Program-made: the position numbers and the translations under genes | The notes under the pieces: generated by a model | Seen by the model: the letters and a program-made list of their open reading frames with translations, nothing else | Databases searched by the model: none | What the model was told of the DNA's origin: nothing | Assembly (NCBI GenBank): GCA_963665665.1 | Contig: OY762428.1 | Location: 1,120,001 to 1,184,000, forward strand | Direction: 5' to 3' | DNA from: Candidatus Kapaibacterium sp. | Lineage (GTDB): Bacteria > Bacteroidota > Ignavibacteria > Kapaibacteriales > UBA2268 | DNA: 64,000 bases | Shown: in pieces, positions 50,313 to 60,521 of the stretch | How positions within the stretch are numbered: the stretch's first letter is position 1 | How the letters are laid out: every line of letters starts with the position of its first letter

Positions 50313-51122
50313 ATGAAAAATATTTATACAGTTATTATCACACTTATTTTTTCTTCAATAACCTGCCGGGCTGAACTTCTTTTTGCCCCACCCATTGCTT
50401 CTGTGATCGAGCCCAGAATCGGATCTTTTTACCAGGCAGATGATGAAAGGCTCAGGCTCGACATAGGCTATTCGATGGATATGGCCAGCATTTTAAAAAA
50501 GAATGACTACGAAATGAACTTCGGCGCTGATTTCTTTACTTTCACAAGATTGCGATCTGAAGGTAAAATGAAATTCCCCGTGGAAACAACAGATTTTTTC
50601 TTCGGTGTGAACGTTAGCGGTAAGCAAACTGCCAACAATAATTTTTTTGATTGGCGGCTTCGTCTGGCCCATATATCATCTCACCTTTCAGACGGATACT
50701 CCAACAGTGGAAAGTTTCACTTCGAACCTTACGTTTACAGCCGGGAATTTTTCGATCTGCTGATATCATACAATATGGCATTCGAAAAAAAAATCAATTT
50801 AAGGCCATACGCAGGTATTACATACATATTTTCAACAATACCGGACGATATTGTCAGCTTTATACCTCAGGCCGGAATCGAAACTGAATATTTTCTAACA
50901 GATAAAGTTACTTTGATTGCCGGAGCTGATGTTAAAACGGGTGGTACTGATAAAAACACTGAATTGATATCGAACGTGCAGGCCGGAATAAAGTTTAATG
51001 GCCTTGGCAATACATCCTTGCTTCTTTCTATGTATAAATACGACGGGCCTTCTTTGCACGGACTTTTTTTCCGGGAAAACGACAGCTATTTTGGAATCGG
51101 ATTTCAATTGCTTTTTTATTGA
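50313..51122 (+). CDS. Secreted/outer-membrane protein, DUF1207-like
   Basis: Signal peptide from ATG 50313; RLRLAHISSHLSDG and YSREF motifs; aromatic C-terminus. Confidence 0.65.
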   Translation: MKNIYTVIITLIFSSITCRAELLFAPPIASVIEPRIGSFYQADDERLRLDIGYSMDMASILKKNDYEMNFGADFFTFTRLRSEGKMKFPVETTDFFFGVNVSGKQTANNNFFDWRLRLAHISSHLSDGYSNSGKFHFEPYVYSREFFDLLISYNMAFEKKINLRPYAGITYIFSTIPDDIVSFIPQAGIETEYFLTDKVTLIAGADVKTGGTDKNTELISNVQAGIKFNGLGNTSLLLSMYKYDGPSLHGLFFRENDSYFGIGFQLLFY

Positions 51123-51189
51123 AATTTAAGCATATTGCAATATCATTTATACGCTAATAATATAAATCAGAATAAGGGAGTTAATTAAA

Positions 51190-51669
51190 ATGGCAAGAAG
51201 TCTTAACCGCGCACAGCTTATTGGAAATCTCGGTCAGGATCCGGAGATAAGATCAACTCCGTCGGGAGCATCGGTATGCAATATAAGTGTTGCAACCACA
51301 GATTCCTACAAAGACAGAAACGGCGAATGGCAGGAGCAAACAGAATGGCACAGGGTTGTTCTTTGGAACAGGCTTGCTGATACGGCCGGACAATACTTAA
51401 GAAAAGGAAATAAAGTTTTTATTGAAGGCAAAATTAAAACAAGAGCCTGGGATGACAGAGACGGAAATAAAAGATATACCACCGAAATCTGGGGAGACAG
51501 AATGATTATGATGGGCGGCGGCGGCCAGGACAGCAGCCCCTACGGCCAGGTTCAGCCCCAGCAGCAAAACAATTACAATCAGCAGCCCCAACAGCAGCAG
51601 CAGGGTGGTAATAGTGATTACCTTGCTCCGGATGCTTTCAATGATGAAAATGATGATGTTCCGTTTTAA
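51190..51669 (+). CDS. ssb: Single-stranded DNA-binding protein
   Basis: LNRAQLIGNLGQDPE, TEWHRVVLW, C-terminal DDVPF. Confidence 0.97.
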   Translation: MARSLNRAQLIGNLGQDPEIRSTPSGASVCNISVATTDSYKDRNGEWQEQTEWHRVVLWNRLADTAGQYLRKGNKVFIEGKIKTRAWDDRDGNKRYTTEIWGDRMIMMGGGGQDSSPYGQVQPQQQNNYNQQPQQQQQGGNSDYLAPDAFNDENDDVPF

Positions 51670-51686
51670 GGAATAAAGAATTGTTC

Positions 51687-51717
51687 AAAAATAGAGCGGC
51701 AATCCGCTCTATTTTTT
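51687..51717. terminator. Intrinsic terminator after ssb
   Basis: AAAAATAGAGCGG-CAAT-CCGCTCTATTTTT. Confidence 0.85.
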
Positions 51718-51749
51718 TCTTTGCATATCAAATTGCTGACATTTAAATT

Positions 51750-52202
51750 ATGAAAATACTTCAGTACAACGTAGAATTGAAACCAAGATCCCGCGGCTAT
51801 CATATCATCACCTCGGATGTTGAATATCAATGCCCCGGCCTCAGGAATGTGAAAGCAGGCCTGGCACATATTTTTATCATGCATACAAGCGCCGGATTAT
51901 CTATAAACGAAAATGCAGACCCTTCGGTCAGAGATGACTTCGAAACTTTTTTCAACAGGCTTGTTCCCGAAGATACGAAGCTTTTTCGCCATACAATGGA
52001 AGGGCCGGACGACATGACATCACACATAAAATCCTCTCTTACAGGTTCTTCGGTTTGTGTCCCCGTAAGTAACGGAAAATTTGCACTTGGAACATGGCAG
52101 GGAATTTATCTTTGCGAATTTAGAAATCACGGAGGCAGCAGAAATCTTACCGTTACGATAATCGGCGATGAAATGAATTCATTCAGGCGAAAAGATACTT
52201 GA
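51750..52202 (+). CDS. yjbQ: YjbQ/UPF0047-family protein
   Basis: HTSAGLSINENADPSV, EGPDDMTSHIKS, LGTWQGIYLCEF. Confidence 0.9.
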   Translation: MKILQYNVELKPRSRGYHIITSDVEYQCPGLRNVKAGLAHIFIMHTSAGLSINENADPSVRDDFETFFNRLVPEDTKLFRHTMEGPDDMTSHIKSSLTGSSVCVPVSNGKFALGTWQGIYLCEFRNHGGSRNLTVTIIGDEMNSFRRKDT

Positions 52203-52901
52203 TTGGAATTGAAAATGAAAAATAAAACAGCAGTAGTATTAATGAGTGGCGGTATGGACTCTGCTCTATGTGCAGCAATAGCAAGATCACGTGGTTTTAA
52301 TATTGCTGCTCTGCACACAAATTACGGACAAAAAACAGAATTGAGAGAATTAGAATCTTTTAACAGGCTATGCTCGTTTTATGAAATAGATAAAAAATTG
52401 GTTGTTGATATTAATTACCTGAAACAAATCGGCGATTCAAGCCTGACTGATGAAAGAATTAATATTGATGACGCTAATTTAGACAGCACTGATATACCTT
52501 CAAGCTATGTCCCATTCAGAAATGGCAACCTCCTATCCATTGCAGCATCATGGGCAGAATCAATTGGTGCCAGAGCAATATTTATTGGAGCAATAGAGCA
52601 GGACAGCAGCGGCTATCCCGATTGTCGTTTGTCATTCATAGAACAAATGGAAAAAGCCGTTAACCTTGGTACAAAGCCCGAAACGAATATAAAAATCATT
52701 GCTCCGCTTGTTGATATGGCAAAATCCGAAATTGTTACAGAGGGTATGAAACTTGGCCTTCCGTTTGAACTGACCTGGAGTTGCTACAAACAATCAGGAA
52801 AGGCTTGTGGTGTTTGTGACTCCTGCGCACTCAGGCTTCGCGGATTCAGAAAAGCAGGATTCCGGGACCCTCTGGAATACGAAACACGGCCACGATATTG
52901 A
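52203..52901 (+). CDS. queC: 7-cyano-7-deazaguanine synthase
   Basis: SGGMDS, YGQ, YVPFRN, GYPDCR, TWSCY...CGVCDSC..R. Confidence 0.95.
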   Translation: MELKMKNKTAVVLMSGGMDSALCAAIARSRGFNIAALHTNYGQKTELRELESFNRLCSFYEIDKKLVVDINYLKQIGDSSLTDERINIDDANLDSTDIPSSYVPFRNGNLLSIAASWAESIGARAIFIGAIEQDSSGYPDCRLSFIEQMEKAVNLGTKPETNIKIIAPLVDMAKSEIVTEGMKLGLPFELTWSCYKQSGKACGVCDSCALRLRGFRKAGFRDPLEYETRPRY

Positions 52902-53067
52902 TTTTATCAATATTTATTATAATTTTAAAAAAAACTTAAAATTATTTACATAAACCATTGTTTTTTTTGATAAAAAGATTTATATTTGTTTTCTTGTTTG
53001 AATAGAATGTTCAAACACTTTACAATTGAAGAACAAATTAAATATAAAATATTAAGAGCGTAATAAG

Positions 53068-53670
53068 ATGAATTACAACGGACCAAAAGTAAAAATTTCA
53101 AGAAAACTTAGCATCAACCTTTCAGCAAAGGCTGCCAAGGTAGCTCAGAAAAAATCATATCCTCCCGGACAGCATGGAAATTCCAGGCGTCGCATGAAAC
53201 AATCTGACTACGGCCGTCAGCTTCTGGAGAAACAGCGTCTGCGCCTGCAGTACAACATTTCAGAAAAACAGATGCGCAACTACTACAAAAAAGCTACAAA
53301 ACTTACAGGTAACACAGGTGAATTGCTTGTACAGCTGCTTGAATCAAGGCTTGATGCACTTGTTTATCGTTCAGGATTAGCCACTACAATTTGGGCTGCC
53401 AGGCAATATGTAAATCACGGGCACATAAAAGTTAACGGCAGAAGGGTAAATATTCCTTCCTATAACGTAAAAATTAACGACGTTATTTCTGTTAAAGAAA
53501 AAAGCCAGAAACTTGATTGTTTCCAGGATGCAATCAGGAATTCCGCCTGCCCGGCATATCTTGAAGTATCAAAAGCAGACTTTACTGCAAAATATCTTTA
53601 CAAACCGGAAAGAGAAGAAGTTCCGATTGAATGTGAAGTTCCACTCGTTATCGAGTTCTATTCACGTTAA
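53068..53670 (+). CDS. rpsD: 30S ribosomal protein S4, monocistronic
   Basis: PPGQHG, SDYGRQLLEKQRLR, LESRLD, ARQYVNHGH, IEFYSR. Confidence 0.96.
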   Translation: MNYNGPKVKISRKLSINLSAKAAKVAQKKSYPPGQHGNSRRRMKQSDYGRQLLEKQRLRLQYNISEKQMRNYYKKATKLTGNTGELLVQLLESRLDALVYRSGLATTIWAARQYVNHGHIKVNGRRVNIPSYNVKINDVISVKEKSQKLDCFQDAIRNSACPAYLEVSKADFTAKYLYKPEREEVPIECEVPLVIEFYSR

Positions 53671-53685
53671 TTTCAACTTTTTTTT

Positions 53686-53723
53686 AAAAAAACCTTTCGA
53701 ATTTTAATTCGAAAGGTTTTTTT
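53686..53723. terminator. Intrinsic terminator after rpsD
   Basis: AAAAAAACCTTTCGAAT-TTTA-ATTCGAAAGGTTTTTTT. Confidence 0.85.
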
Positions 53724-53885
53724 ATTTGGATTATTCGCTAAAAATAATATTTTCGCAGAAAATAAAATACAACAATGTTGTTGAGTAGTTTTTTAGTTTT
53801 TAAATAATTTTCTTTTTTCTTGCTGCTTTAACAAAAATTGTTATTATCAAGATATACTTTTTTGAAATATTACGTGAGGCTGATT

Positions 53886-54125
53886 ATGTTTTGGACACCT
53901 GAATTGGCACAGAGCCTTGAGGATGCTCCCTGGCCGGCAACAAAAGAAGAACTTTTCGATTATGCCAGCAGGACCGGGTGCCCTATGCAAGTTCTTGAAA
54001 ATCTGATGGAATTGGACGATACTGACGAACTTATTGAAGGTATGGAAGACCTCTGGCCGGAATATGAAGATATGGCCAACGAGGAATACTTTTATAACGA
54101 TGACGAGGAAGAGCAATACTTCTAA
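53886..54125 (+). CDS. DUF2795-family small acidic protein
   Basis: MFWTPELAQSLEDAPWPATKEEL.DYA.R.G.P..VLENL. Confidence 0.85.
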   Translation: MFWTPELAQSLEDAPWPATKEELFDYASRTGCPMQVLENLMELDDTDELIEGMEDLWPEYEDMANEEYFYNDDEEEQYF

Positions 54126-54194
54126 CTACTTTATCGCCGGCGGCGCTTATCTTAATTACATGCAGCCGGCCTTATTAATTTATATTATACATTA

Positions 54195-56495
54195 TTGCTT
54201 ATGCTGATCAGGATATCCAATATATTCATCCTGATGATATTATTATCATTTAGCACCATCGTTGCACAAAATAACAATGGTTCTTACGGGTTAATTCCGT
54301 CCCGTTATGAAAGCCTTCTGTACGAAATAGGGGAAATCAGGATTAGCGGTAATACGCACTTCAATTACGAGCAAATTTCAAACGTTATTAATTCCAGGGC
54401 CACAAGCCGAAGCATATCCCACAGGTTAATGCAATCTTTTTATAATGAGATCATCCGGATAAACTCCACACCGGACCAATTATTAACCATTCTAAGAAAA
54501 AACTTAAGGGGCAGGGCTGATGAAATTCGTTTTTTCAACAGTATAACTGCCGATGCAGATGCTGAATCCATAGAAAACCTGTATAGAAAAAACGGCTTTC
54601 ACGACGCAAAGGTCAGTTATTCTTTTCATGCAGATTCTTCGATTATGGAAAATATTTTGGAATTTCATGTTAACGAAGGTAAAAGAGCTTTCATTTCCAG
54701 CATGAATTTCCTTGGTTTAATGGATTTAAAACCTAACCTGCATAATAGAATAATATCTGCAATTAAAATTAAGGAAGGAGACCCGTTTAGTGAAAACTCC
54801 ATTATGTCTGATATAAACAGAGTCCGGAATATTCTTCTGGATAACGGTTATTTTTTTGCAACCTATACCTCGCCTCCGCTGGTCTTTCGCGATACTGCAA
54901 ATTATAAGGACAGTATAGTTGTAACTTTCAAAACAGGCAAACCTCAGAAAATCGGTGATATATCCATAATTGACAGCACCAGGGGACAACCGAAGATACA
55001 GGGGAAATTAATTCGTCAGCAATTGCTTATCGAACCCGGCGACCTTTACAAAAGAAGCAGGATATTGCAGTCCGAAGAAAACCTCAGGTTTCTGAACATA
55101 TTTGCTTTTGTTTCTATTGATACGAGTTCGGAATTCGAGCCGATGACCGATTCAACACTGAATTTCAAGGTACATACCCAATACAGGAAAATGAGAGACT
55201 GGGGATTCGGTTTATTTATTAACCGTACAGCTTTCGATAAAATCACGAACCTTGGCCTGGAAGGTTCATTCACACATAGGAATTTACTGAACAAAGCCCA
55301 GACATTCAATCCGTTTGTAAGGGTGGTTCTTAAAGACCTGTCAAGAACAATAGAAGGGCAAAAGCCCGAATTCGAAGTGCAGGCAGGTATTAAATACGGT
55401 CAGCCTGTTTTATGGACACCTTCGCATGCAAAGGTAGGAGTTTACGCTACACCACTTTTTTCTATTCGTTCTATAAGCCTGATTCAGGACAATTCATTTA
55501 ATCTTTATACTTTTTCATTTCCAATTAAATTTCCTGTTCAACAGCCTCAGTGGACATATTTCAACAACATATCCTTCGATTTTACATTCGAAAGGCAGTG
55601 GCCCTCAGGATTCCAGGAAGCAATCAACAGTTCACTGGATTCCGCAAGTACAGATGAAGACAGGGAGAAAATAATCGGCCCGCTGTTATTATATGATAAT
55701 CTCGACAAATATATTAACGGAAACAATTCAAAATGGTATGCCCTTACTGCCAATCTGATAGGTATCAGCCTGACAGCCGACCACAGGGACAACCTGTTTT
55801 CTCCTACCCGTGGAGATTTTGCATCAATTTCGGCTGATGCGTGGAACCCGCTTTTTATATTCTCGGATGAACTCGGAGGTATTGCCAAATATGTAAGACT
55901 ACAATTTGCATATTACTGGTTCAAAAAAATATCTAAACGAAACGTTTTTGCATTCAAAGGAAAATTCGGCGGTATCTGGCAGATAGATAAAGAAAATTCA
56001 TACGTGCCATTTGAAAGGCAATTTTTTGCAGGAGGAGCTAATAGTATCCGTGGCTGGTCTTCCAGAAAATTAAGATATTCCGTACTTCAACCCGATTCAT
56101 CTGATTTATATGAATTTGTACAGGATTTTGTAGGTAATGCCGGAATAATCGAAAGTTCAGCCGAATTCAGGTTTAAATTCACTCCTCCATCGAAATGGGG
56201 TAATTTCTGGAAAGAACAAATTTCAGCTCTCGGGCTGACAGTTTTTGTTGATGTTGGAAATGCATTCGACTGGTTTGCTGACGACGAAACAAAGATGGAA
56301 ATTTCTGATTACTTCACCAAACTTGCAGTTGCAGGAGGTTTTGGCCTTAGATATGACACTCCCGTCGGCCCTTTCAGAATTGATTTTGCCTGGCCTGTTT
56401 ACAATCCGAACAATCCGGATAACCCAACCATTTTCACCCAGGAAGGATTTATGAATAAAATGCAGTTCCATATCGCTCTTGGCCATGCATTCTAA
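54195..56495 (+). CDS. BamA/TamA (Omp85) family outer membrane protein
   Basis: POTRA-like repeats, FFAGGANSIRGW, GFGLRYDTPVGPFRIDFA, terminal GHAF. Confidence 0.9.
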   Translation: MLMLIRISNIFILMILLSFSTIVAQNNNGSYGLIPSRYESLLYEIGEIRISGNTHFNYEQISNVINSRATSRSISHRLMQSFYNEIIRINSTPDQLLTILRKNLRGRADEIRFFNSITADADAESIENLYRKNGFHDAKVSYSFHADSSIMENILEFHVNEGKRAFISSMNFLGLMDLKPNLHNRIISAIKIKEGDPFSENSIMSDINRVRNILLDNGYFFATYTSPPLVFRDTANYKDSIVVTFKTGKPQKIGDISIIDSTRGQPKIQGKLIRQQLLIEPGDLYKRSRILQSEENLRFLNIFAFVSIDTSSEFEPMTDSTLNFKVHTQYRKMRDWGFGLFINRTAFDKITNLGLEGSFTHRNLLNKAQTFNPFVRVVLKDLSRTIEGQKPEFEVQAGIKYGQPVLWTPSHAKVGVYATPLFSIRSISLIQDNSFNLYTFSFPIKFPVQQPQWTYFNNISFDFTFERQWPSGFQEAINSSLDSASTDEDREKIIGPLLLYDNLDKYINGNNSKWYALTANLIGISLTADHRDNLFSPTRGDFASISADAWNPLFIFSDELGGIAKYVRLQFAYYWFKKISKRNVFAFKGKFGGIWQIDKENSYVPFERQFFAGGANSIRGWSSRKLRYSVLQPDSSDLYEFVQDFVGNAGIIESSAEFRFKFTPPSKWGNFWKEQISALGLTVFVDVGNAFDWFADDETKMEISDYFTKLAVAGGFGLRYDTPVGPFRIDFAWPVYNPNNPDNPTIFTQEGFMNKMQFHIALGHAF

Positions 56496-56567
56496 GATTT
56501 TGCAACAATTCATTCTAAAATGCGTAATATTTCCAGTAGGACTTTTTTTATTATCGGGGACATATTG

Positions 56568-57506
56568 ATGAAATACAGACACATACTTTTTTTATTGTTG
56601 GCCGGATTATTTATTGTTTCACCTGCAATTGCTAATGACGATGAAGAATTTGATGTAAAATTCGATGATGAAGAAAGCAATAAAAGCTGGGATGAGCATG
56701 TTTTTAACGAATGGGATTTTGACAGATTCAAGAGTTTCGAGCATCTGAAGGAATCCTCAACAATAGAGATCAGTTCAGGTATTGCCATACCTGACATACA
56801 TGATAATGTTTATAAACCGGATTTTAAAATGCCTGTTATTATGGACTTAAGGCTTGGATCCGTTCAGATCAGGGAATCAGGTAAAAAAAATGAACTCGTA
56901 AAATACAATTTTGATTATATCTTTATTGACAATGCAAATAAAGACATAGGAATATATGATGAAAAAGACGAACAATTAGGTATCCAGCTTTGGCGATTTG
57001 GATTTACTGACAGAACCGGATATGGCTGGTCTCTTGGAGACAATGCACACTTCGCCTTGTACAAAGGTGCCGGTTTTTCCTGGACAAAAATTGATTTAGA
57101 TAACATTGCAGATACAAATATGGCTATTCTTGCAATGCCTTTGGATAAATTTAATGACCGTTTCTCCTTTTCAAGGCATTTTGAAGCCGGAATGAATTTA
57201 AGATTTATGAAGAACCTTGCTTTGAATACCGGATTTGAAAGAACTGTGGTAATGCCCCGGCATTTATTCTGGTACTGGTCAGGTAGTGAAATAATTGAAG
57301 CTATAGGAAATGGCCTTCTTGATAGTTTTATAAGTAAAGTCAGAAAATCATCCCCGGAGCTGGCACCAATTGTCTATTTTGTATTAAAGAACGGTTTTGC
57401 TTACGGCATGTCCGAATTAAAAAGAAGCAACATGAATTGGCCGTTTTCAACTCCTGAGCCTTTTATTTATGATAATATCAAAGTTGGCATATCTTTTATG
57501 TTCTAA
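56568..57506 (+). CDS. Hypothetical outer-membrane protein (paralog A)
   Basis: Signal peptide, C-terminal beta-signal KVGISFMF; similar to the next gene. Confidence 0.7.
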   Translation: MKYRHILFLLLAGLFIVSPAIANDDEEFDVKFDDEESNKSWDEHVFNEWDFDRFKSFEHLKESSTIEISSGIAIPDIHDNVYKPDFKMPVIMDLRLGSVQIRESGKKNELVKYNFDYIFIDNANKDIGIYDEKDEQLGIQLWRFGFTDRTGYGWSLGDNAHFALYKGAGFSWTKIDLDNIADTNMAILAMPLDKFNDRFSFSRHFEAGMNLRFMKNLALNTGFERTVVMPRHLFWYWSGSEIIEAIGNGLLDSFISKVRKSSPELAPIVYFVLKNGFAYGMSELKRSNMNWPFSTPEPFIYDNIKVGISFMF

Positions 57507-57584
57507 ACAGACCGAAAAAATATGATATTTTTCAAAAAATGATTACTTTTGTGGCGCTCATTGTTGGGCGCCATAAATATTTGT

Positions 57585-58466
57585 ATGAGGAAATTGTTAT
57601 ACATATCGATTATTATCTTATTATCTTCTGCAGCTTTTGCTGAAGAGAGAGGCGACACGTCCGAAACTTCATTCGATGCTTTCCTGAAAAAACTCTATGA
57701 AAAACCCAACTTTGTAAAAAACAGGACAACTCTTGACGTGCATTATGGTGCATCTGCTGTGAGCTATCCGGCCGGAGTCCTGAGAAATGATTTTGCTTCC
57801 GCTTACCCGGCAGGTTTGGGATATGGCTTTACCAGGTTTGATGATAAGCAGCCAATCGATGATATATTCTATTATGCTTCGGAATTTGTATTTATTAGGA
57901 ACAATTCATCACATTTCAAACCAGCAACGTTCGAAAAGGATGGAATAACAACGGACAGCTGGCATTTCGGCGGAGGGATTAGCAACGGCTACGGCTACGG
58001 AAGCGAAGAACATGAGTTTTTCTTTTTCCACACCGGACGCTTCATCTGGAGCAGAATTGATATCGAACTTTACCCCTTGAATCCTTTCGACAGTTCAGCA
58101 TTGAAGCAGGTAGATGAAAATTATAAATTTGGAAGCTCATGGAGCGGCGGTATCAAATATCATCTAACAGGGCCTGTATTTCTTAGCGCAGAATACGAGC
58201 ACGTACTTGTTAATACAGACTTTCATTTTGGTAAATGGTTTGGCTCCTGGGCAATTGAAAACCTGTCCCAACGATGGATAGACTTTTTTGAAGAAGGCAT
58301 GATGAAAAGTTATGGGAAAAATTGGCCCTGGGTGAACTGGGTAATAAAAAATTCCTTATCGCTGGCTTTGTACGAATTAAGAAGAAACAACGTCAATTGG
58401 CCTTTTGACTCCCGTGAAGCCCTTAGTTTTAATACTTTCAGGGCTGGTATTACATTTGTGTTTTAA
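57585..58466 (+). CDS. Hypothetical outer-membrane protein (paralog B)
   Basis: Signal peptide, C-terminal RAGITFVF; shares KN...EL.R.N.NWPF with paralog A. Confidence 0.7.
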   Translation: MRKLLYISIIILLSSAAFAEERGDTSETSFDAFLKKLYEKPNFVKNRTTLDVHYGASAVSYPAGVLRNDFASAYPAGLGYGFTRFDDKQPIDDIFYYASEFVFIRNNSSHFKPATFEKDGITTDSWHFGGGISNGYGYGSEEHEFFFFHTGRFIWSRIDIELYPLNPFDSSALKQVDENYKFGSSWSGGIKYHLTGPVFLSAEYEHVLVNTDFHFGKWFGSWAIENLSQRWIDFFEEGMMKSYGKNWPWVNWVIKNSLSLALYELRRNNVNWPFDSREALSFNTFRAGITFVF

Positions 58467-58690
58467 ACTCCTTTAAGCGCTTTTTGAAGCTTAGCATCAT
58501 CAAATTCATACGAGAACAAAGACCTAAGTGGAAATTTTTTGGACGCCTGAAGTATTTCTATGCCCACCACTTCGTTTTTCTCTGTCATGTCAATCATTAC
58601 ACCCTCGACTATTTCCACAGCCCCTGAAGGTTCTTTTTCCGATAGCTGGATATATGCAGCATCTACTTCTTTGTCGTAATTAATTTTCAT
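58463..58690 (-). CDS. DUF2283-family protein (putative antitoxin)
   Basis: MKINYDKEVDAAYIQL...VVGIEILQAS. Confidence 0.88.
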   Translation of the reverse strand: MKINYDKEVDAAYIQLSEKEPSGAVEIVEGVMIDMTEKNEVVGIEILQASKKFPLRSLFSYEFDDAKLQKALKGV

Positions 58691-58935
58691 TTCTTCTTTC
58701 CTTTTCTTAAAGGGTGTACGCTAATCAGTATAATTTTTTCCGGATTCACGAACCTGAAAACAACCCGTAGCGGATATTTTCTCATCCCGGAAGGCAATCC
58801 TTCAACCTGGAAACATATTCGGTTTTTATCAGGTTCTTCTTCGATAGCTTTATCAACTATCCGCAGTATATCATCATACTTTATATTGTATATATCTGCT
58901 CTTCTTTCTGCGTGCCTTGATAAAACCAGTTCCAT
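58687..58935 (-). CDS. DUF4258-like protein (putative RelE-fold toxin)
   Basis: LSRHAERR...PLRVVF...ILISVHP; ATGA overlap with the DUF2283 gene. Confidence 0.75.
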   Translation of the reverse strand: MELVLSRHAERRADIYNIKYDDILRIVDKAIEEEPDKNRICFQVEGLPSGMRKYPLRVVFRFVNPEKIILISVHPLRKGKKK

Positions 58936-58997
58936 CTTGTATTGCTCATTGAAAAATCAACCATCTCAATTATAAACTTTAAAAATGTAAAATTATT

Positions 58998-60521
58998 TTA
59001 TTCTCCCAGCAGCCTTTTAATCATTACCCCGGCAGATACATCCTTAGGAGACGGTGCATTGGAAGAATAAATCTGAGAATAGCGATCAATTAACACATAC
59101 CGGGGAATGCCCGTTAAACTGAAGTATTTCGCAATCTCTGATTTCAACCCCTCAGGAACAACAACCACCCTGATATCAACAAGTTCTCTTTCTTCAAGAT
59201 ATTTTTTCACTTTACCGGCATCAGGCTCGAAAGCAATACTGATTATTTCCAGATCATCAGCTATATATGAATCATGCAATACTTTTAGGTATGGAATTGA
59301 TTCCACACAATACCTGCAGTTTGTTGACCAAAAGTTCAGATATAATACTTTTCCCTTCAGGTCTTTTAGTGTGAACTCATTTCCTTCGCTATCCTTCAAA
59401 ACTATATCATCGGGAACATCAGAACCGGGAACCAACCTTTTCATTTTTTCATACATGGCTTCCAGAGGCTTTAAATACTTTTCTTTGTCATTACATTTCT
59501 TTGCATACTGCTCTATAACCAGGCCTGCATGTTTGAACATACTTTTCGCCTTGGCCTTGTACATTATCTCCCTGCTCGGTTTTATTCTGAGAGTTTCATT
59601 TATCTGGTCACGAACTATCATAGCTCCGACAATATCATAGGCCTTACCTTTAAAAATATTTGCATACCTTTCCAATAAGAAATAATACCTTTTTGCCGGC
59701 GAAACATCCCTGCTGTTTTTAATTTTTTCGAGGCGGTCAATAAATTGCTTCTGATACATATACGACATAGCCATCATTACAAAGCGAATATTACTTTCAG
59801 GATCCGGATTGTTAAAATCTATTTCATAAATAAAATCAAAGAAATTACTGTCCAGTACGGGAAAATTATTTTTCAGATCAGCATCACGGTACTTTGCTGG
59901 ATACTGGGAAAGATTCATCACCCAGCGATAATCAATTTCGGCCCTGATAAATTTCAGGAAATCAGAGCTCAGATTCATTTCTCTGCGTTTTTTTTCAAGC
60001 ATGGCAAGCATTTTTTCACGGCGCAGATCAATATACTCCCGGAATTCATCCTGAGGCAGTGAAAATGATTTCTCGAATTCCTGCCTTTTAGCTCTGTCAA
60101 TATCGAATTCTTCAGAAAAGTAATGTAAAAACATATTGGCATCCGACCAATTGGCGGCAATATCCATAAAATATCCACCGCCGCTTTGAGCATTGATTTC
60201 AAGTTCAACACTATCACCCGGTTCAAGATATTTATTTCCGAAAACCCACCTGCGGCCATTTTTAAGATAAAATTCCACGGGCGCGTTGATATCCATCTTA
60301 ATTTCGAAACTCCCGTCAGTTGATATAACAGTTGAATCAATTGTCTGCTTCTGTAATATCCAGTTTATTTGGGAATCATAATAACCTGCATACATTTTAT
60401 CGAACTGGTAATTTCTGATATGCCCTTTTATTATTGTCTCTTTTGCAGAAACAAATACTGAAGCATAAGAAATAGTTAATAGCCAAATTAAAGCCTTGAG
60501 ATATAAGCTGTGATTGCCCAA
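58998..60521 (-). CDS. TlpA/redoxin-family protein with a long N-terminal region
   Basis: C-terminal LKGKVLYLNFWSTNCRYC, GIPRYVLID; N-terminal signal or TM. Confidence 0.82.
   Translation of the reverse strand: MGNHSLYLKALIWLLTISYASVFVSAKETIIKGHIRNYQFDKMYAGYYDSQINWILQKQTIDSTVISTDGSFEIKMDINAPVEFYLKNGRRWVFGNKYLEPGDSVELEINAQSGGGYFMDIAANWSDANMFLHYFSEEFDIDRAKRQEFEKSFSLPQDEFREYIDLRREKMLAMLEKKRREMNLSSDFLKFIRAEIDYRWVMNLSQYPAKYRDADLKNNFPVLDSNFFDFIYEIDFNNPDPESNIRFVMMAMSYMYQKQFIDRLEKIKNSRDVSPAKRYYFLLERYANIFKGKAYDIVGAMIVRDQINETLRIKPSREIMYKAKAKSMFKHAGLVIEQYAKKCNDKEKYLKPLEAMYEKMKRLVPGSDVPDDIVLKDSEGNEFTLKDLKGKVLYLNFWSTNCRYCVESIPYLKVLHDSYIADDLEIISIAFEPDAGKVKKYLEERELVDIRVVVVPEGLKSEIAKYFSLTGIPRYVLIDRYSQIYSSNAPSPKDVSAGVMIKRLLGE

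Noticed and set aside
52203-52901. queC as part of a 7-deazaguanine DNA-modification or QatC-type defence system
   Set aside because: Canonical length and motifs in a housekeeping context, with no dpd or qat genes nearby
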